Shown: one piece after another, positions 27,762 through 41,045 of the stretch
How positions within the stretch are numbered: position 1 is the stretch's first letter
How the letters are laid out: every line of letters starts with the position of its first letter
Assembly: GCA_964016885.1 (NCBI GenBank)
Contig: OZ024742.1
Span: forward strand, 202,740,001-202,804,000
Length of the DNA stretch: 64,000 nt
Direction of reading: 5' to 3'
Source: Eledone cirrhosa
Taxonomy: Eukaryota
The notes under the pieces: model-generated
What the model was told of the DNA's origin: nothing
Seen by the model: the letters and a program-made list of their open reading frames with translations, nothing else
The model's database searches: none
Program-made: the position numbers and the translations under genes

Positions 27762-30689
27762 AACACACACATATACTTTATTGTATTTGTTTAACAAAAT
27801 TCTTGATGTGAAATCACATGTTGAAATAGATATTGTTATACTTGGAAGGGTTATGCTGCCCATAAAAACACATGTACCAGTTCATTTTATGATTAGGTCA
27901 ATAAAATATTCATCGATTGGTTCAGTACCTGAGTGGTTATTTAATTGTTAAAGTTCTTTCATCACAGAATCTGTGACCTCAATCACTAATTTGGGCCACT
28001 GGCTCTCCTCTTCCTTTTGAACTTGATCTAATTATTCCAGCTTCTCTTTCTGTAGTGGTGTGTATGTGTGATATACATATGTGTGTGCCTGTGCCATTAT
28101 ATATTGTTTTTCCTACAGGTTTCTGTATGTGTGACCCTTCACCAGCATTCATGTATCATTACTTATCTATGTGCATACACTTATTTACATCACTACACCT
28201 GTTATACTTATTGGTGTATCAATTCTTATCAACATCATCATCTTTGTCATTTTACGTCCGCTTTTCCTTGCTTGCAAGGGTGGGACGAGTCCTTTTCAGC
28301 ACAGCATCTCTCGATTCATCACGGTCCTTTGTCATTTCCTCTGTGAGCTTCAGCGATCTGAGGTCAGCTCTCACCACATCTACCCATGATTTTCGTGGTC
28401 TTCCTCTACTGCATCTTCCTTCCACAAGGATTTCTTGGAACTTCTTTACCCAGCAGTCATCCTCCATGCACATCACATGTCCATACCATCGCAGACCTCT
28501 TTCTCACACACTACAGTTTATCCCTGTTATACACAGTTTCTCTCTCAACTCGTCTATGCTTGGTTGTTCCCACACATTGACATTGCACATCCAACGGAGT
28601 ATGCTTGCTTCATTTCTCTCCAGCCATCACATATCTTCTGCAGTTGCTTCCCATGTCTCACTACCATGCAGCAATGCACATCTCACACAAGCATCATATA
28701 ACCGGCCTTTTGTTTGTAGGGAGAAACCCTCCTTTGTCAACAGAGGAAGCAGCTCCCTAAACTTCTTCCAACCTGAACTTATGTGTCATAATATTTGTTT
28801 CATTCATCACTAGATAGTTACTATTCTATTCTTGCTTTCTGTTGATGGTGGGTATAATTTCTGTTATATGGGTGGTTTCCTTAATCTGTCTCATAATGTA
28901 TAGTGTAAGAGCTTTAACAGTTAACCATCCAGTTATTAAACTAACCAATGAATAGCTTATTTATCTAAGTAATAATAAAACCGAAGTGAAACTCAACTGG
29001 ACTGTGTGATTTTAGTGGCAATATGACACTCACAATATAAACAATATATCATTAGAATTATTTTATGCCCATCTTCCATACTAGCATGGGTTGGAAAGAG
29101 TGTCACAATCCACGACCAGAAACACCACTAACCAATCTTGTTTCTTACATTCAATATTTGTCATGGTTTCTACAGCTGGATGCTCTTCCTAAGGCTAACC
29201 ACTTTACAGTATACTGGTGCATTTTTCATGACAGCAGCACTAGCATTAGGCACCTCTTAATCCACTATACACCCCCTAAACCCCCCCCCCCCACTCCTGC
29301 CCACACCACTTGGTTTCAATGGCAGGATGCCTACCCTAATGCCAATCACATTTATAGTGTAGACAGTACTTTTTATCATGGCACCCAAATGACCACATAA
29401 CAGTGTGGGCTGGGTGTTTTTTGTCATGACACTAACATAACTACTTTAAAGTGTTAACTGGGCGATTTTTGTTGCATCACCAACACGACCACTCTACAGT
29501 GTGAATTTGGCGCTCTTTGTCGTTTCACCAACACAACTACTTCACACTCTTGTTTTGGGCACTTTTTGTTGTGTTACCAAAACAACCACTTTACAGTGTG
29601 GACTAGGCACTTTTTGTCATGCAACCAACACAATGACTCTACAGGATGCCTGGGAATTTATTGTAATGTCACCAAGAGACCACTCTACAGGGTGATGTGG
29701 GTGCTTTTTGTCATGTAATCAACCCAGCCACTCCTTAGGGCATTCTGGGTGCCTTCTGGCATGACAGCAACACGGCCATTTCACAGGGTGGACTGGGTAC
29801 CTCCTGTCATGTCACCATCACAACCACCTTACAGGGTGGACTGGGTGCTTATTCGTCATGCCACCAGCACAACCATCTTGGGAGGTATATGAGAGGGGGA
29901 GAAGATATGCATACAAGAGACCACTAGATGTTAGCTTCATCCTGTGTACATGGCAAGGCAGGTATTCTGCAGTACTACATAATTGTTTCTACTTTTTGAC
30001 ACAAGGCCAGCAATTAGCAAGTATTACTGGTACTTTATTTTATCGACCCCGTAAGGATGAAAGGCAAAGTTAACCTTGGCGGGATTTGAACTCAGTCCGT
30101 AAAGGGACATAACTGTGCTGGAAAGCATGGCGTCCGACCCTCTACCAATACTCTGCAGTACTACATAATGCCAGAGATCTTGATATTTTGTGATTATCTT
30201 TGAGAGGTGCAATTATGTGAGCTCTGCATTTATCACCTTATCCCAAGTTTTCATAGATCTCTTCCATAGCTTCCACCAAATTTGAAGACCCTGCACCTTT
30301 TTATATAGCTGTCATCCTTCATCAGCATCACATGTTCATACTACTGCAATCTCTTCTCCTATACAGAGCATCTGTTCCCTCTTATGCAAAGTTTCTCTAT
30401 CAGTTCATTTACACTTTGCCATTTCCGTATATTAATTACTATTACACATACATCTTTTCTTTCCAATCTTCATAGGTCCTCTACACACAGTGTCTAGGTC
30501 TCACTACCATGTAGTATTGTTATTTGTATACACACATCATACAATCTGCCCTTCATTTGAGGGAAAAAACTTTTGTAGCTAGCAGTGGTATTAACTCCCT
30601 AAGCTTTTCCCACCATCAGCTAATTTGGTCACCCAGAGTAAGGGACACCAGACGCAAGAGGCAGAGAAACATGAAAGGTAAGTGCTACC

Positions 30690-31600
30690 TTAAGATCTCG
30701 CACCTGGGCAGAAAACACATCCAATGCTATCCACAGGGCTATACGAAGGGAGGGCTTCGACATCTACTTGGCCCATTCAGGTCCCTCCCTATGGGGATGC
30801 CTCTCCAGGAAACATGACAAATCAGCTGACGCGTGTTCCCTTAGTATCTGTCCAATACGTCAGATGTACTGTTGCTTACGCATGTACATCATATATAAAA
30901 TCGAATGTGGCAAGTGTAATGAATTCTACATAGGTAGCACCATCCGGCCACTACATGTCTGGATCAAGGAACACATCAACACTAGGACCTCGTCTTTCTC
31001 GAAACACATAATCAAATGCGGAAACAAAGACAGAAGGCCCATTATTACAGTGTTAGCGACGGAACGCAATGTCAGCACTTTAAGGATCAAGGAGGCACTT
31101 TGGATCACAAACATCTCGGACCACAAATCAATAATTGATCTGAGAGAAGGGAGACAAGATGGCTGGTGTAAATAAATGGAAAAACAACAACACACCTACA
31201 CAGTGACAATCGAGCGATTGTTATTGTGTGTATATCGTGTCCACCAGCCAGCGACTGACAGACAACAGGCAGGCAGACTACTATCACCATGTCTGCCATT
31301 GACCACTACTATCACAGACTGAACATAAAGATTTGACAGTGATGATGCGGACACACCGCTACTCTAGTATAGAAGAACTGCTTTGAACTTCATCTGACTG
31401 CGCTATTCCACGTGCACACGTGCTCGATAGAGTATTTCAGTTATAAGCAAACAGCAGAGGCCACATGTTGTCCCTCTCCGACACAGCCTTTTTGCCATCG
31501 GAAAACCCCCAGTTGGTGGATGGGAAATCCGAAATATAGGGACTATTAAATCACTTCCAAGGCAACTCTATCTCATATTATTTTTTACACTTTTCCTACA
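30690..31600 (+). mobile_element. Penelope-like element, GIY-YIG endonuclease fragment + 3' pLTR
   Basis: IIYKIECGKCNEFYIGSTIRPLHVWIKEH...LRIKEALWI in ORF 30768-31175. Confidence 0.85.
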
Positions 31601-31796
31601 TTATTTTATGCTGTGTATGTCTCTTTCTATGCTTCCTCTTACATCTCTCTCTCTCTCATTACCATCTGAATCTGTTACCCACAGATTTAGCCATCTGCAT
31701 TGTTGAGGCTTCCAAAACGACTATATATATATATTAGAAAGCATACATATATTATTTGTTTATATATCTAACAATTATGATTAAAAACCACTCACT

Positions 31797-31853
<57 letters not shown>

Positions 31854-33450
31854 GTGTGTGCTAACAATAGATTGAGGCAACATATTGAGGCAACATATTT
31901 TACATGATGTATAAATCTGTGTCCCTTCCACATATGAATCAGAATTCCTTAAATGATTCATGCATGGGTGGAAATCTCTACCATTATCCTCCTCTGAATA
32001 AGCTGAAGAATCCTCATCATCATCTTTTAACCTCCATCTTCTACACTAGCATGGGTTAGACGAGTTTGTCTCATTTAAGGCAAGTTTGATCGGGTGACCA
32101 TGTCTCACTCGTATAGGACTGTTTCTGGCTGGGACACAGAATGGAATTTCTTACTCCTTTCCTACATACCTTTTCCCCTATTTTCTTTTCTACATACTAG
32201 AACTATAGTTTTAGGCAAGTTAACTTTAATGCCTTTTGATTCTAGGCCATGCTTCCAGGTTTGGAATTTCTTCTCTAGTTCTGCCATAGATTCAGCTACG
32301 AGAGTTAGATCATCTGCATATAGAGGTTCCCATGGGCAGCCAGTCTTAAACTTAAATCATAGAATCAAATACCCATCCAGTTATAGAGCTGCTGTTGTGA
32401 TATTCAACCTTCACTTAGTTGAAACACAGTCAATTTCTCCCACAGAAAGAGAGAAAGTAATACAAAGAAAGAGAACAGAGAGTAAATCGATCCCAGTAAT
32501 AGCCTGGTACTATATTAAACAATCTCAACAGTTTGAAAAGCAAGGTTAATCTGTCCCCAATAGGATTTGAACCTAGAACACAGAAAGTCAGAATGAATAT
32601 TCCAAGGGATTCTTTCTCATGGTCTAATGACTCTGCCAATTTTCCACCTTAGAATAATGTATATAGAAACACATTTTAAAGTTTAAAAATGACAAAAGTA
32701 AAAATGTAGGTGCAGGTATGACTGAATGGTGAAAGAATTTCTTTGTAATCACATTGTTTCAGGTTCAGTCCTACTGTGGGATGCCTTAGTCAAGTATTTA
32801 CTATTTTATGAAAGCAAACTGTGTGGAAGCCATTGGGTGTGTATATATGTGTGTGTGTATGTGTATCGCAGGTTTAATCAGGGGTAACCACAGTAAGTAA
32901 GGTACTCAATACATTGCAGAGTATGGCTTCAACAGGGCTAGAACTTTTTTCATTCGAAGGAAATCATCAGGAACGTCCTATCGAATGAAACAGTTCTAGT
33001 CCAGTAGAAGCCATTCTATATTTAATATATATATATCATCATCATCATTTTACGTCCGCTTTTCCCTGCTTGCAAGGGTAGGATGGGTCCTATTCAGCAT
33101 CTCTCCACTCGTAATGGTCCTTCGTCATCTCCTCCGTGAGCTTCAGCGATCTGAGATCTGTTCTCACCAACTCCGACAAAGTTTTTCGTGGTCTTCCTCT
33201 ACTGGGATTTCTTGGCACTACTTTACCCATCGGTCATCCTCCATGCGCCTCACATGTCCATACCATCACAGTCTTCTCTCCCGCACACTACAACTTATCC
33301 CTCTTAACAGAAGGTTCAGTAAATCCATAGAAAACTGGTGAGGGTATCAAAGTTAGCACTCAATGAGCAGAGTATATATAATAAGAACAAAGTGGAGGTA
33401 TTACACCTCCAGTTTGTTCTTATCATATATATATATATATATATATATAT

Positions 33451-34507
33451 ACTAGCAGAAGTACCCGGCGTTGCTCGGGTATTAAATAGCAGTTGTGTAT
33501 ACCATTTATGTCAATACTTCAGTGCTACTTCAAAAACTATACTTTTACAAAATCATCGGCTTTTTCCAAAAGAGGGTTCCTTCCCCCAGGGGTTCCCTAC
33601 CCAATATGTGCCAATTCTGAGAGTTCACATTCATCTGTAGGACAAACGTAGCCCATGTGTCAAGTTTTGTGAAAATCGGTTGCGAACTCCAGAAGTTATG
33701 ACGTTTTGTGGCATTGCACTGCAGTTCTTCAGTCGACTCCAAGGAAGTGGTTAAAGGGGGTTATCTGGTGGGAGGCCCTATAATCAATATCTGGAAAAAT
33801 GAAAGTGCCCATGACCATCCGGAGTACATAAGTAACCTATGTCTTAAGTTTGGTGAAAATACTGTAGAAATGCATAAGGTTTATACACGCGTGCGCTCGT
33901 GTGTGTGTGTGGGGGGGGGGGGTTGCGTGTGTATGTGTATGTCCGTCAGGGCATACGTATGTACTGGCCTAAATCTTCACTATTTACTTTTACTATTTTA
34001 ATAACCTGTCATTTTCGTTTTCAATTATTTACATCATTCTTAAACTCCGGGGCTGGAAATCATTCTGTTATGTTAAATAGAATATTAGTCTAACGACTCC
34101 ATTTATACCATAAACTTGGTCTTGTCTTTGCATGAAATTGTTCTTCACGATCCACATAACGACGCATTTTCCTCGCTTTTTTTTCCGTTCATTGCCAGGG
34201 AACGTCTTCACGAACCAAAATATCGTCTTCCTGTTTTCGTTCGGTTGGAACGTTTCTCAAAATATTTACTTCTGCGTTCACAGATTACTCGCAGTTCAAT
34301 TTGAATGGGAAATTCCTGTTTCATCGATTTTCTCCATAACCATGGAAGCTTGTACCCTAAAGGTCGACCCAACGCCTCCTCGGGTCATTCTGCATAACTG
34401 TGTAAATTTTCGCTGCATTCCACCAAGCCGTTTCGACGTTTATCCGACTACACTTACTTACTTACTTAAATATACAATGTCCGACCACTTCCAATTTATA
34501 TAGTAGA
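33451..34507 (+). mobile_element. Non-autonomous Helitron/Helentron-like element
   Basis: Starts ACTAGCAGAAGTACCCGGCGTTGCTCGGG (subterminal hairpin), has an internal microsatellite and ends ATATAGTAGAT. The same end type occurs inverted at ~48030-48060. Confidence 0.6.
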
Positions 34508-34789
34508 TATATATATGTGTGTGTGTGTGTGTGTGTCCATGTTTGCATTTACATTTACTGTTTGTTTCTGTTCCAAAACCAAGCAGTTTGACAAAAGAGT
34601 TTGATAAAAAAAAAGTACAAGTTCTAAAAGTAAAAGTACTAGGGATGATATTATCTAATGAATAAATAAATCCCTTCAAGCAAATGCCCCAGCATGACCA
34701 CAGTCTAATGACTGAAACAAGTAAAAGAATAAAACAATTAAAGAATGAAACAAATTGAAATAAGAGAAGGCATATGAGAAAATACTCAC

Positions 34790-35786
34790 AGATTCATACT
34801 CATCTTCGTTTTTTAAATGCTGTGTAATAAACTTAACAGCCTCCGATGCTCGTATTATATGTGGTGTCATTGAAAAATGTTCAACATTATCGGGCTCTCT
34901 ACGGATGTAATCTGTGGAAGTAGATTTGGAGTTGAGCTTGCAGTTGGGATGATGGATCTCATGAAGCTCCAGTAAATCCGCCCGCCTTGCTGCTGCAGCA
35001 GAATAGTGTCGCGGCTGCTCAGGAAGGGTCACCTCTTCTACAGGAGGTGGACTCTTTTTTTTACTCTGCCAGCGCTCGTCATGGTCTGGCCGTTCCATGA
35101 ACAAAATTTTTGGAAGATAATAAAGAAAGACAACGCGTACCCAGCCTGGCATTTTGTGCGTGCGGGGCGTACGGTAGTTTCTGTTTATGATGATAACAGT
35201 TAGAACGATGGCGAAAATATTCATGATGAAAGTGAATAGGAGATACTTGGCAATAAGTGGAATTGTCAGAGAAGGGGGTAAAATTTTGGAAACCAGCAGT
35301 AAAAACACTACCAAAGCCAGTAAAATGGATATACAAAGTGTCATCTTTTCTCCAGCGTCTGCAGGAAGGGCAAACACACATACACTCACAAAAGAAATCA
35401 GGACGCAGGGGATGATCAGGTTGACGGTGTAAAAGAGAGTTTTCCGGCGAAGAATCAATGTGAACACAACTAGTGTCTTCTTCATGCCGGTATCTTTCTC
35501 AACGGTCGTCTTTACTTTACCGGGGCAGTCGATAATATCCCAGGTACCACTCTTGAGGTAGTCGGTAAAATCCAGCTTATCACCTTGCTTCCAGGCGAAT
35601 GTCAGCTGATCTCCGTTGAACGTCCATGAACCAAACTTCATCTCGCAGTTTTGCTGGTCGAACGGAAAGTATTCTACATCTATTGTGCAAGAACTTTGGT
35701 AAATAGCAGGAGGAATCCATGTGATAGCACTATTGGATTCAATTACGGCATTTGGTTTGTATGATACTTCATAATTGCCATCAGCA
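34790..35786 (-). CDS. nAChR non-alpha (beta1-like) subunit, 997-bp exon (Cys-loop, M1-M3, cytoplasmic loop)
   Basis: ADGNYEV...CTIDVEYFPFDQQNC (Cys-loop), KFGSWTFNG, RRKTLFYTVNL, AGEKMTLCISILLALVVFLLLVSKILPP. No vicinal Cys-Cys in loop C, so non-alpha; GEK before M2 indicates cation selectivity. Acceptor ttgcag|T, donor TCT|gtgagt. Confidence 0.97.
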
Positions 35787-38057
35787 CTGCAAGATAAAAA
35801 TACAAAGAGACATCTTAAAAACAAAAATACAGTTATTAATAAGTGTACAACGACAAGCATTTCAAGTCTACTTTCTCTGATAATATAAAGGTTACTCTTG
35901 GGTCCCAAATAATAGAGGGCTGGGAAGAATAAGCAGGGCGATTAGAAAACTGGTAATTTTTCTAGGTTGTCTCTATTGATTTTTTTTGAATCCAGAATTA
36001 GTTGTTTAGTTTACATATTGCAACCCCAACCCATCCTCTCTATTTTATAACATAAGGGATTTCTAGTAATGTACTTTTTGTCATGTATGATGTTTTTTAA
36101 TGTATAAAGAAAATTAATTGTTGCAGGAATGTTACCACTTAAAATAAAATTTTGCTGGAGACATAAGCAAAAACACACACAATTATTTGAGACCCGTGAG
36201 TAGATTTGTGGGCTTCATAAAAGGCTTCACACTCATGAAATTCTTTTATTATCAAGAATATCAGTGACCATTTCACCTGTACCAAGAAGAACATTTATAT
36301 TTTAATTAAATATTAACTGTATGGTTTCACTGTCAAAACAACTAGGAATTTGACAGACAACTTCAGATACCTGATATAACAACAATTGATCTTTTCAACC
36401 TGTAGCTAATCATTCCAATACTTCTGGTAAAGGAGTGTATCAGAGTGGTTAGAGTGAAGGACATATTATCATAAGGTCAAGGGTGTGACTCTTGGACTGA
36501 GTGACACCTTGTGCTTGTTTGTGTGTTCAACTCCTTCCATTTACACGGTCTTCTGTCCAACCAATTACAATGAACATTCAACTTTTTTCGCTAGGAAAAA
36601 CTGCCTCCATTCTAACAGTGATAAATGCCATCCTGTTCACTCTTACCATTCCTTTTCATCTCCACACAAATGTACACATACACACAACTCACCACACACA
36701 CACACACACACATACATTTAAACCTCATTTACTCAATCTTCTACTTGTGCCTATCAAGGTTGGCAATGATGTTCCTTTTCATGACAGATAGCTATGTGAA
36801 TATACATGGGTGATAAGTCAAATATGGAAGCCACAGATTCGACCTCAAATGTTACACACACACACTGTGTTTGTGGACTACATGGTTGTTGTTGCTGCTG
36901 CTGCTGCTGGTGAGGCATGCACCAGTCTTTGCTCAGAGTGACCTGGTAAAGAGCACTTAACTTCTAATTCAGTTGTAGGGCCGCTATCAATTCAAATACA
37001 TTGGCAGTGTATTTCATTAGAAATATAGTCAGAAAATAGTTAAACGAAAGGTGTCCTTGGTAGTAAAAAGTTTAGGAACCACTGGAATACATCTTGCACA
37101 TGCAACAGACACAGTCCTGTCATCAGGATTTTGGTTCTTGAGGGCAAGGAACTTCAGACTGGGTGGCAGTAGTCTGTGAGAAAATTCATTTAACTTTTAT
37201 CATTCTATGCCACATGAAACCACATTAGCAAGACATTCTTGAGAAGTACAAAGCAGCTCTATAAAAATATTTACAATGATCTGTTGATTAGTAAAGATAC
37301 TATAAGTATTTGGATTTACAAAAGACATGTATTTATACAAGCAAGACATTCTTGAAATACAATTCAGAACTATGACTGTGTCAGACGAAAATTAAAGTCT
37401 TTACTCTAATAGTGCAAATTTCCACAATGACTTTTCAACTTGTAAAGATACTATAAGCAAACTACAAGGTATTCTTAAAAAGTAAGCAACACTATAATTG
37501 CAGCACAAAGTCTTTAATACTGCAAATTTTCACAATGATCTGTCCACCAGTAAAGATACTATATACATTTAAATTAAAAAAATCTGTTTAGACATTTTCT
37601 GTTTAATCATTACAGGATGTTAAGAGTTAAATGGAAGGAGACTTTGCTTGTGAAAGAAGGCCTTTAGGCTAATGGTTAGGGTGTTGGACTCATGAATGTA
37701 AAATTGTGAACTCAAATCCTGGACCAAACAGGGCATTATTTTTTCAGCAAAAAACTTCAGTTCACTATACTTCAGCCCACATGGTTGAAAAAAAAAGAGT
37801 TCCAGTAACAATGGAAGGTAACAATGTGACAGACTGGTGTCCTGTCTCATGGGATAGCATCAATGAAACTGGTATAAGCTCTGGCTTAATGAGCCGGCAG
37901 GTTTTGGCTAGACTTAAACATCCAAGATATAATATGTATTACATGCTAGATAAACTGCATATTACACATTAGATATTCTATATATAATACACTAGGTATA
38001 GTGTATTGTGATAGACTGGCATCCTGTCCAGGGGACATTATTGTATTCTCAATCACA

Positions 38058-38244
38058 TAATTGTTTCTACTTTTGGCACAAGGCCATCAATAACCCAGTA
38101 CATTACTGGTACTTTATTTTATCGACCCCGTAAGGATGAAAGGCAAAGTTAACCTCAGCGGGATTTGAACTGAGACCATAAAGGGGCATAACTATGCTGG
38201 AAAGCATGGCGTCCGACCCTACCGATACAGCCAATCCACCGCCC
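38058..38244 (-). mobile_element. SINE copy with an 18-bp TSD
   Basis: TSD TATTCTCAATCACATAAT at 38044-38061 and 38245-38262. Confidence 0.9.
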
Positions 38245-38495
38245 TATTCTCAATCACATAATGCCAATGAACCAGGATAAGCTCTGGACTTATAAGCCTC
38301 TGGACATGGGACAGACATTCTTGTTTAGTAGTAAAATATAAGGAACCACTGATGTAGAGTTAGCTTCTCATTTATTGTTTAGCCCCCAGATCAACCCTGC
38401 TCCTTAAAATATCAAATAAGACAATGATTACCCTCACCATCATCTACACAAAAACATACCACATCAGTTGCTGTTAATGTCAATTGTATACTTAC

Positions 38496-38605
38496 TTATT
38501 AAATAGTACCACATCTGGTGTCCATATATGTTCAGGTCGGATACGGATACTTTCAATGTACCCATAATTCTTTCCTTCCCATTGTAGCTGGTAATCTGAC
38601 CAGTA
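38496..38605 (-). CDS. nAChR non-alpha (beta1-like) subunit, 110-bp extracellular-domain exon
   Basis: Reads YWSDYQLQWEGKNYGYIESIRIRPEHIWTPDVVLFN(N), including loop A. Acceptor is a polypyrimidine tract ending ttccag; donor is AA|gtaagt. The phase-2 junction joins the next exon (AA+T=Asn). Not in the ORF track in this frame. Confidence 0.95.
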
Positions 38606-38823
38606 CTGGAACAGAGAGAGAAAGAGAGATAAAAAGAGAGATACAAATTGGTCAATTGGTTAATTGCTCACTATGATAAGCTTGTTGCTGCATACCAACC
38701 TTCCTAAAACCGGCTCTGTTTCTATGAAAGAAAACCATTCATTTAAAAGGGTTCTCATTGAAATCAAATTCTTTGAACATAATTTTATATAAGAACCTTT
38801 CATTAATTTATGTTACAAATTTA

Positions 38824-39222
38824 GGGCTGTGAATTAGCAGTATCGGTAGAGGGTCGGACGCCATGCTTTGACGCATAGAGTTATGGCCCTTGCCATTCTG
38901 AGTTCAAATCCCGTTGAGGTTAACTTTGCTTTTCATCCTTACGGAGTTGATAAAATAAAGTACCAGTAATGCACTGGGTAATTGCTGGCCTTATGCCAAA
39001 AAGAAGAAACAATTTATGTTACAAATAACATCCTAATAATTGTTTCTACTTTAGGCACAAGGCCAGCAATTATTCCAGTGTATTACTGGTACTTTATTTT
39101 ATCGACCCCATAAGGATGAAAGGCAAAGTTAACCTCGACGGAATTTGAACTCAGACCGTAAAGGGACGTAACTATGCTAGAAAGCATGGCGTCCAACCCT
39201 CTACCGATACTGCCAATTCACC
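38824..39222. mobile_element. Tail-to-tail inverted SINE pair
   Basis: + copy 38824-39013 (TSD AATTTATGTTACAAAT) and - copy 39037-39222, ~25 bp apart. Confidence 0.9.
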
Positions 39223-40909
39223 AATGCAATGATAGTTTTAGTAAATCCCTCAAAATTCTTCATAAAATCTTTTGATATCAACTTGGCCAAAACCACCACT
39301 GGTTGTATGAAATAAAACCACCTATTTTAAAGGGTTCCTATATAAATTAAAATCTTCCAACATAAATTTATATAAGAACTATATGTTTAGTTACTATCCT
39401 AATAATGAAATAATTACTAATTTTAGTAAATCTCTCAAAATTCTTCATTAGATAATTGAAAGAGAGTGTATAAATCCCATCACAAAAAAGTTAATTAAGT
39501 AATCCAATAAATATAATTTAAAAAAAATAAAAATTACACACTGAAAAATTATGTATGAGTTCTGGCTTTTACAATAGATATACATATCTATGCAAATTGT
39601 AAGAAGCAAATAAAATGGTTGGCATCAGAGAGGACACGCAACTATAAAACACTGCCTAACACGTCCTGTCTAAACCATGACCTTGTATGATATGCAGAAA
39701 AACGTGGCTAGGAATTCCATACTGTGTACACAATAAATGTTACAGAATCTTGTGTAAGCTAACAAAGAATGCAACTTTCAATATGGCAAGTACACAAGAG
39801 AAGTAAGCAGCTTGAGTGCTCAGAAAATAAGCTCTTTTGAATACTCAGATGGCTCCCCAGAAGTAATGGACAGCTTCTGTAAGTGATTTAATTAGCAGTG
39901 GAGAGGATGTTCTCAAAATACAGTAGCTAGAGTGAGATCTAGTTGGAAAACTTCAAGGAGCTACTATCTCTGTTGGATACGAAGGGTTTTTCTCTCAGAA
40001 TGAAATGCAGATTCTGTGATACCATTGTGTGAAATGCAATGCTGAGTGAAAGTTAAGCTCGGGTTTTATCCATAGATTATTAGTGAAGGTTGGAACGAAA
40101 TGAGGTGCGCATGATCCAATGGGTATGTCATAGTAGTGTATATGAAAGATGAAGAATTAATGAGCTGAAAGAAAAAAAAACGAGGCATTAGGGGATGCAA
40201 AAGAGATGAGATTGAGAATGATAATGATGAGTATTATGGTGATAATAATGATGATAATGAATGTGATAATCATGATAGATGTGGTGGTGGCGATGGCAAC
40301 AATACTAGTTACAGTGATAATGATGATGTCTGTTTTCAGATAATTTTGTATGTTTTTCATTTTTTATGATGATGATGATGATGACGACGATGATGATGTA
40401 TAGTATTTATTTTTGTTGTTTTTGCAGTTGTCTATCTAGCTGCACCCAATACTTTCAGCTTGTCAGTTCAACTCTACAGCAACTGAAAGCTGCACATATC
40501 GGCTGTTGTGAACCGAGTGGGATACAGGAGGGTGGAGAGAAGTAGCTAGACAGTGCCATGATAATGATGAAGTGTCGGCAGCAACAGTGGTGGTGGTGCA
40601 ATACCATGCATCTACCCAAGGTTGGTGGTGTTGGTGGAACAGCAGTGAGGTGCAAACAGCGCGTTTCTTTTCTAGGTTAGTAGGTAGTGGAATGAATTAG
40701 TCTACCTGTTCACAGGTAAGAACACATTCACACACACTGGTGTTACTATAACATATATTGATATATATATATATATAGACACACACACACGTATTTATAT
40801 ATACATATGTACTTTTTATATACATACATATTTATATACATACATATATACATACACACACACATATATATACATATCTATATACACCCACACACACAGA
40901 CATATACAG

Positions 40910-40941
<32 letters not shown>

Positions 40942-40986
40942 ATATACACACACACATATATACAGTCATACATATATATATACATA

Positions 40987-41026
<40 letters not shown>

Positions 41027-41045
41027 TATATACAGACATACATAT

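Noticed and set aside
29380-29880. CRISPR-like array of ~40-bp repeats
   Set aside because: Degenerate tandem minisatellite inside a SINE, with no unique spacers, no cas genes and a eukaryotic context.
34676-35908. 410-aa ORF as a complete single-exon gene or cephalopod chemotactile receptor
   Set aside because: Both ends are intronic read-through past clear splice sites, and the core is a conserved canonical beta1-like nAChR exon.
40436-40510. Possible miRNA hairpin (AAGCTGC start resembling miR-22/745)
   Set aside because: Pairing is short and irregular, and the sequence does not match beyond the first 7 nt.
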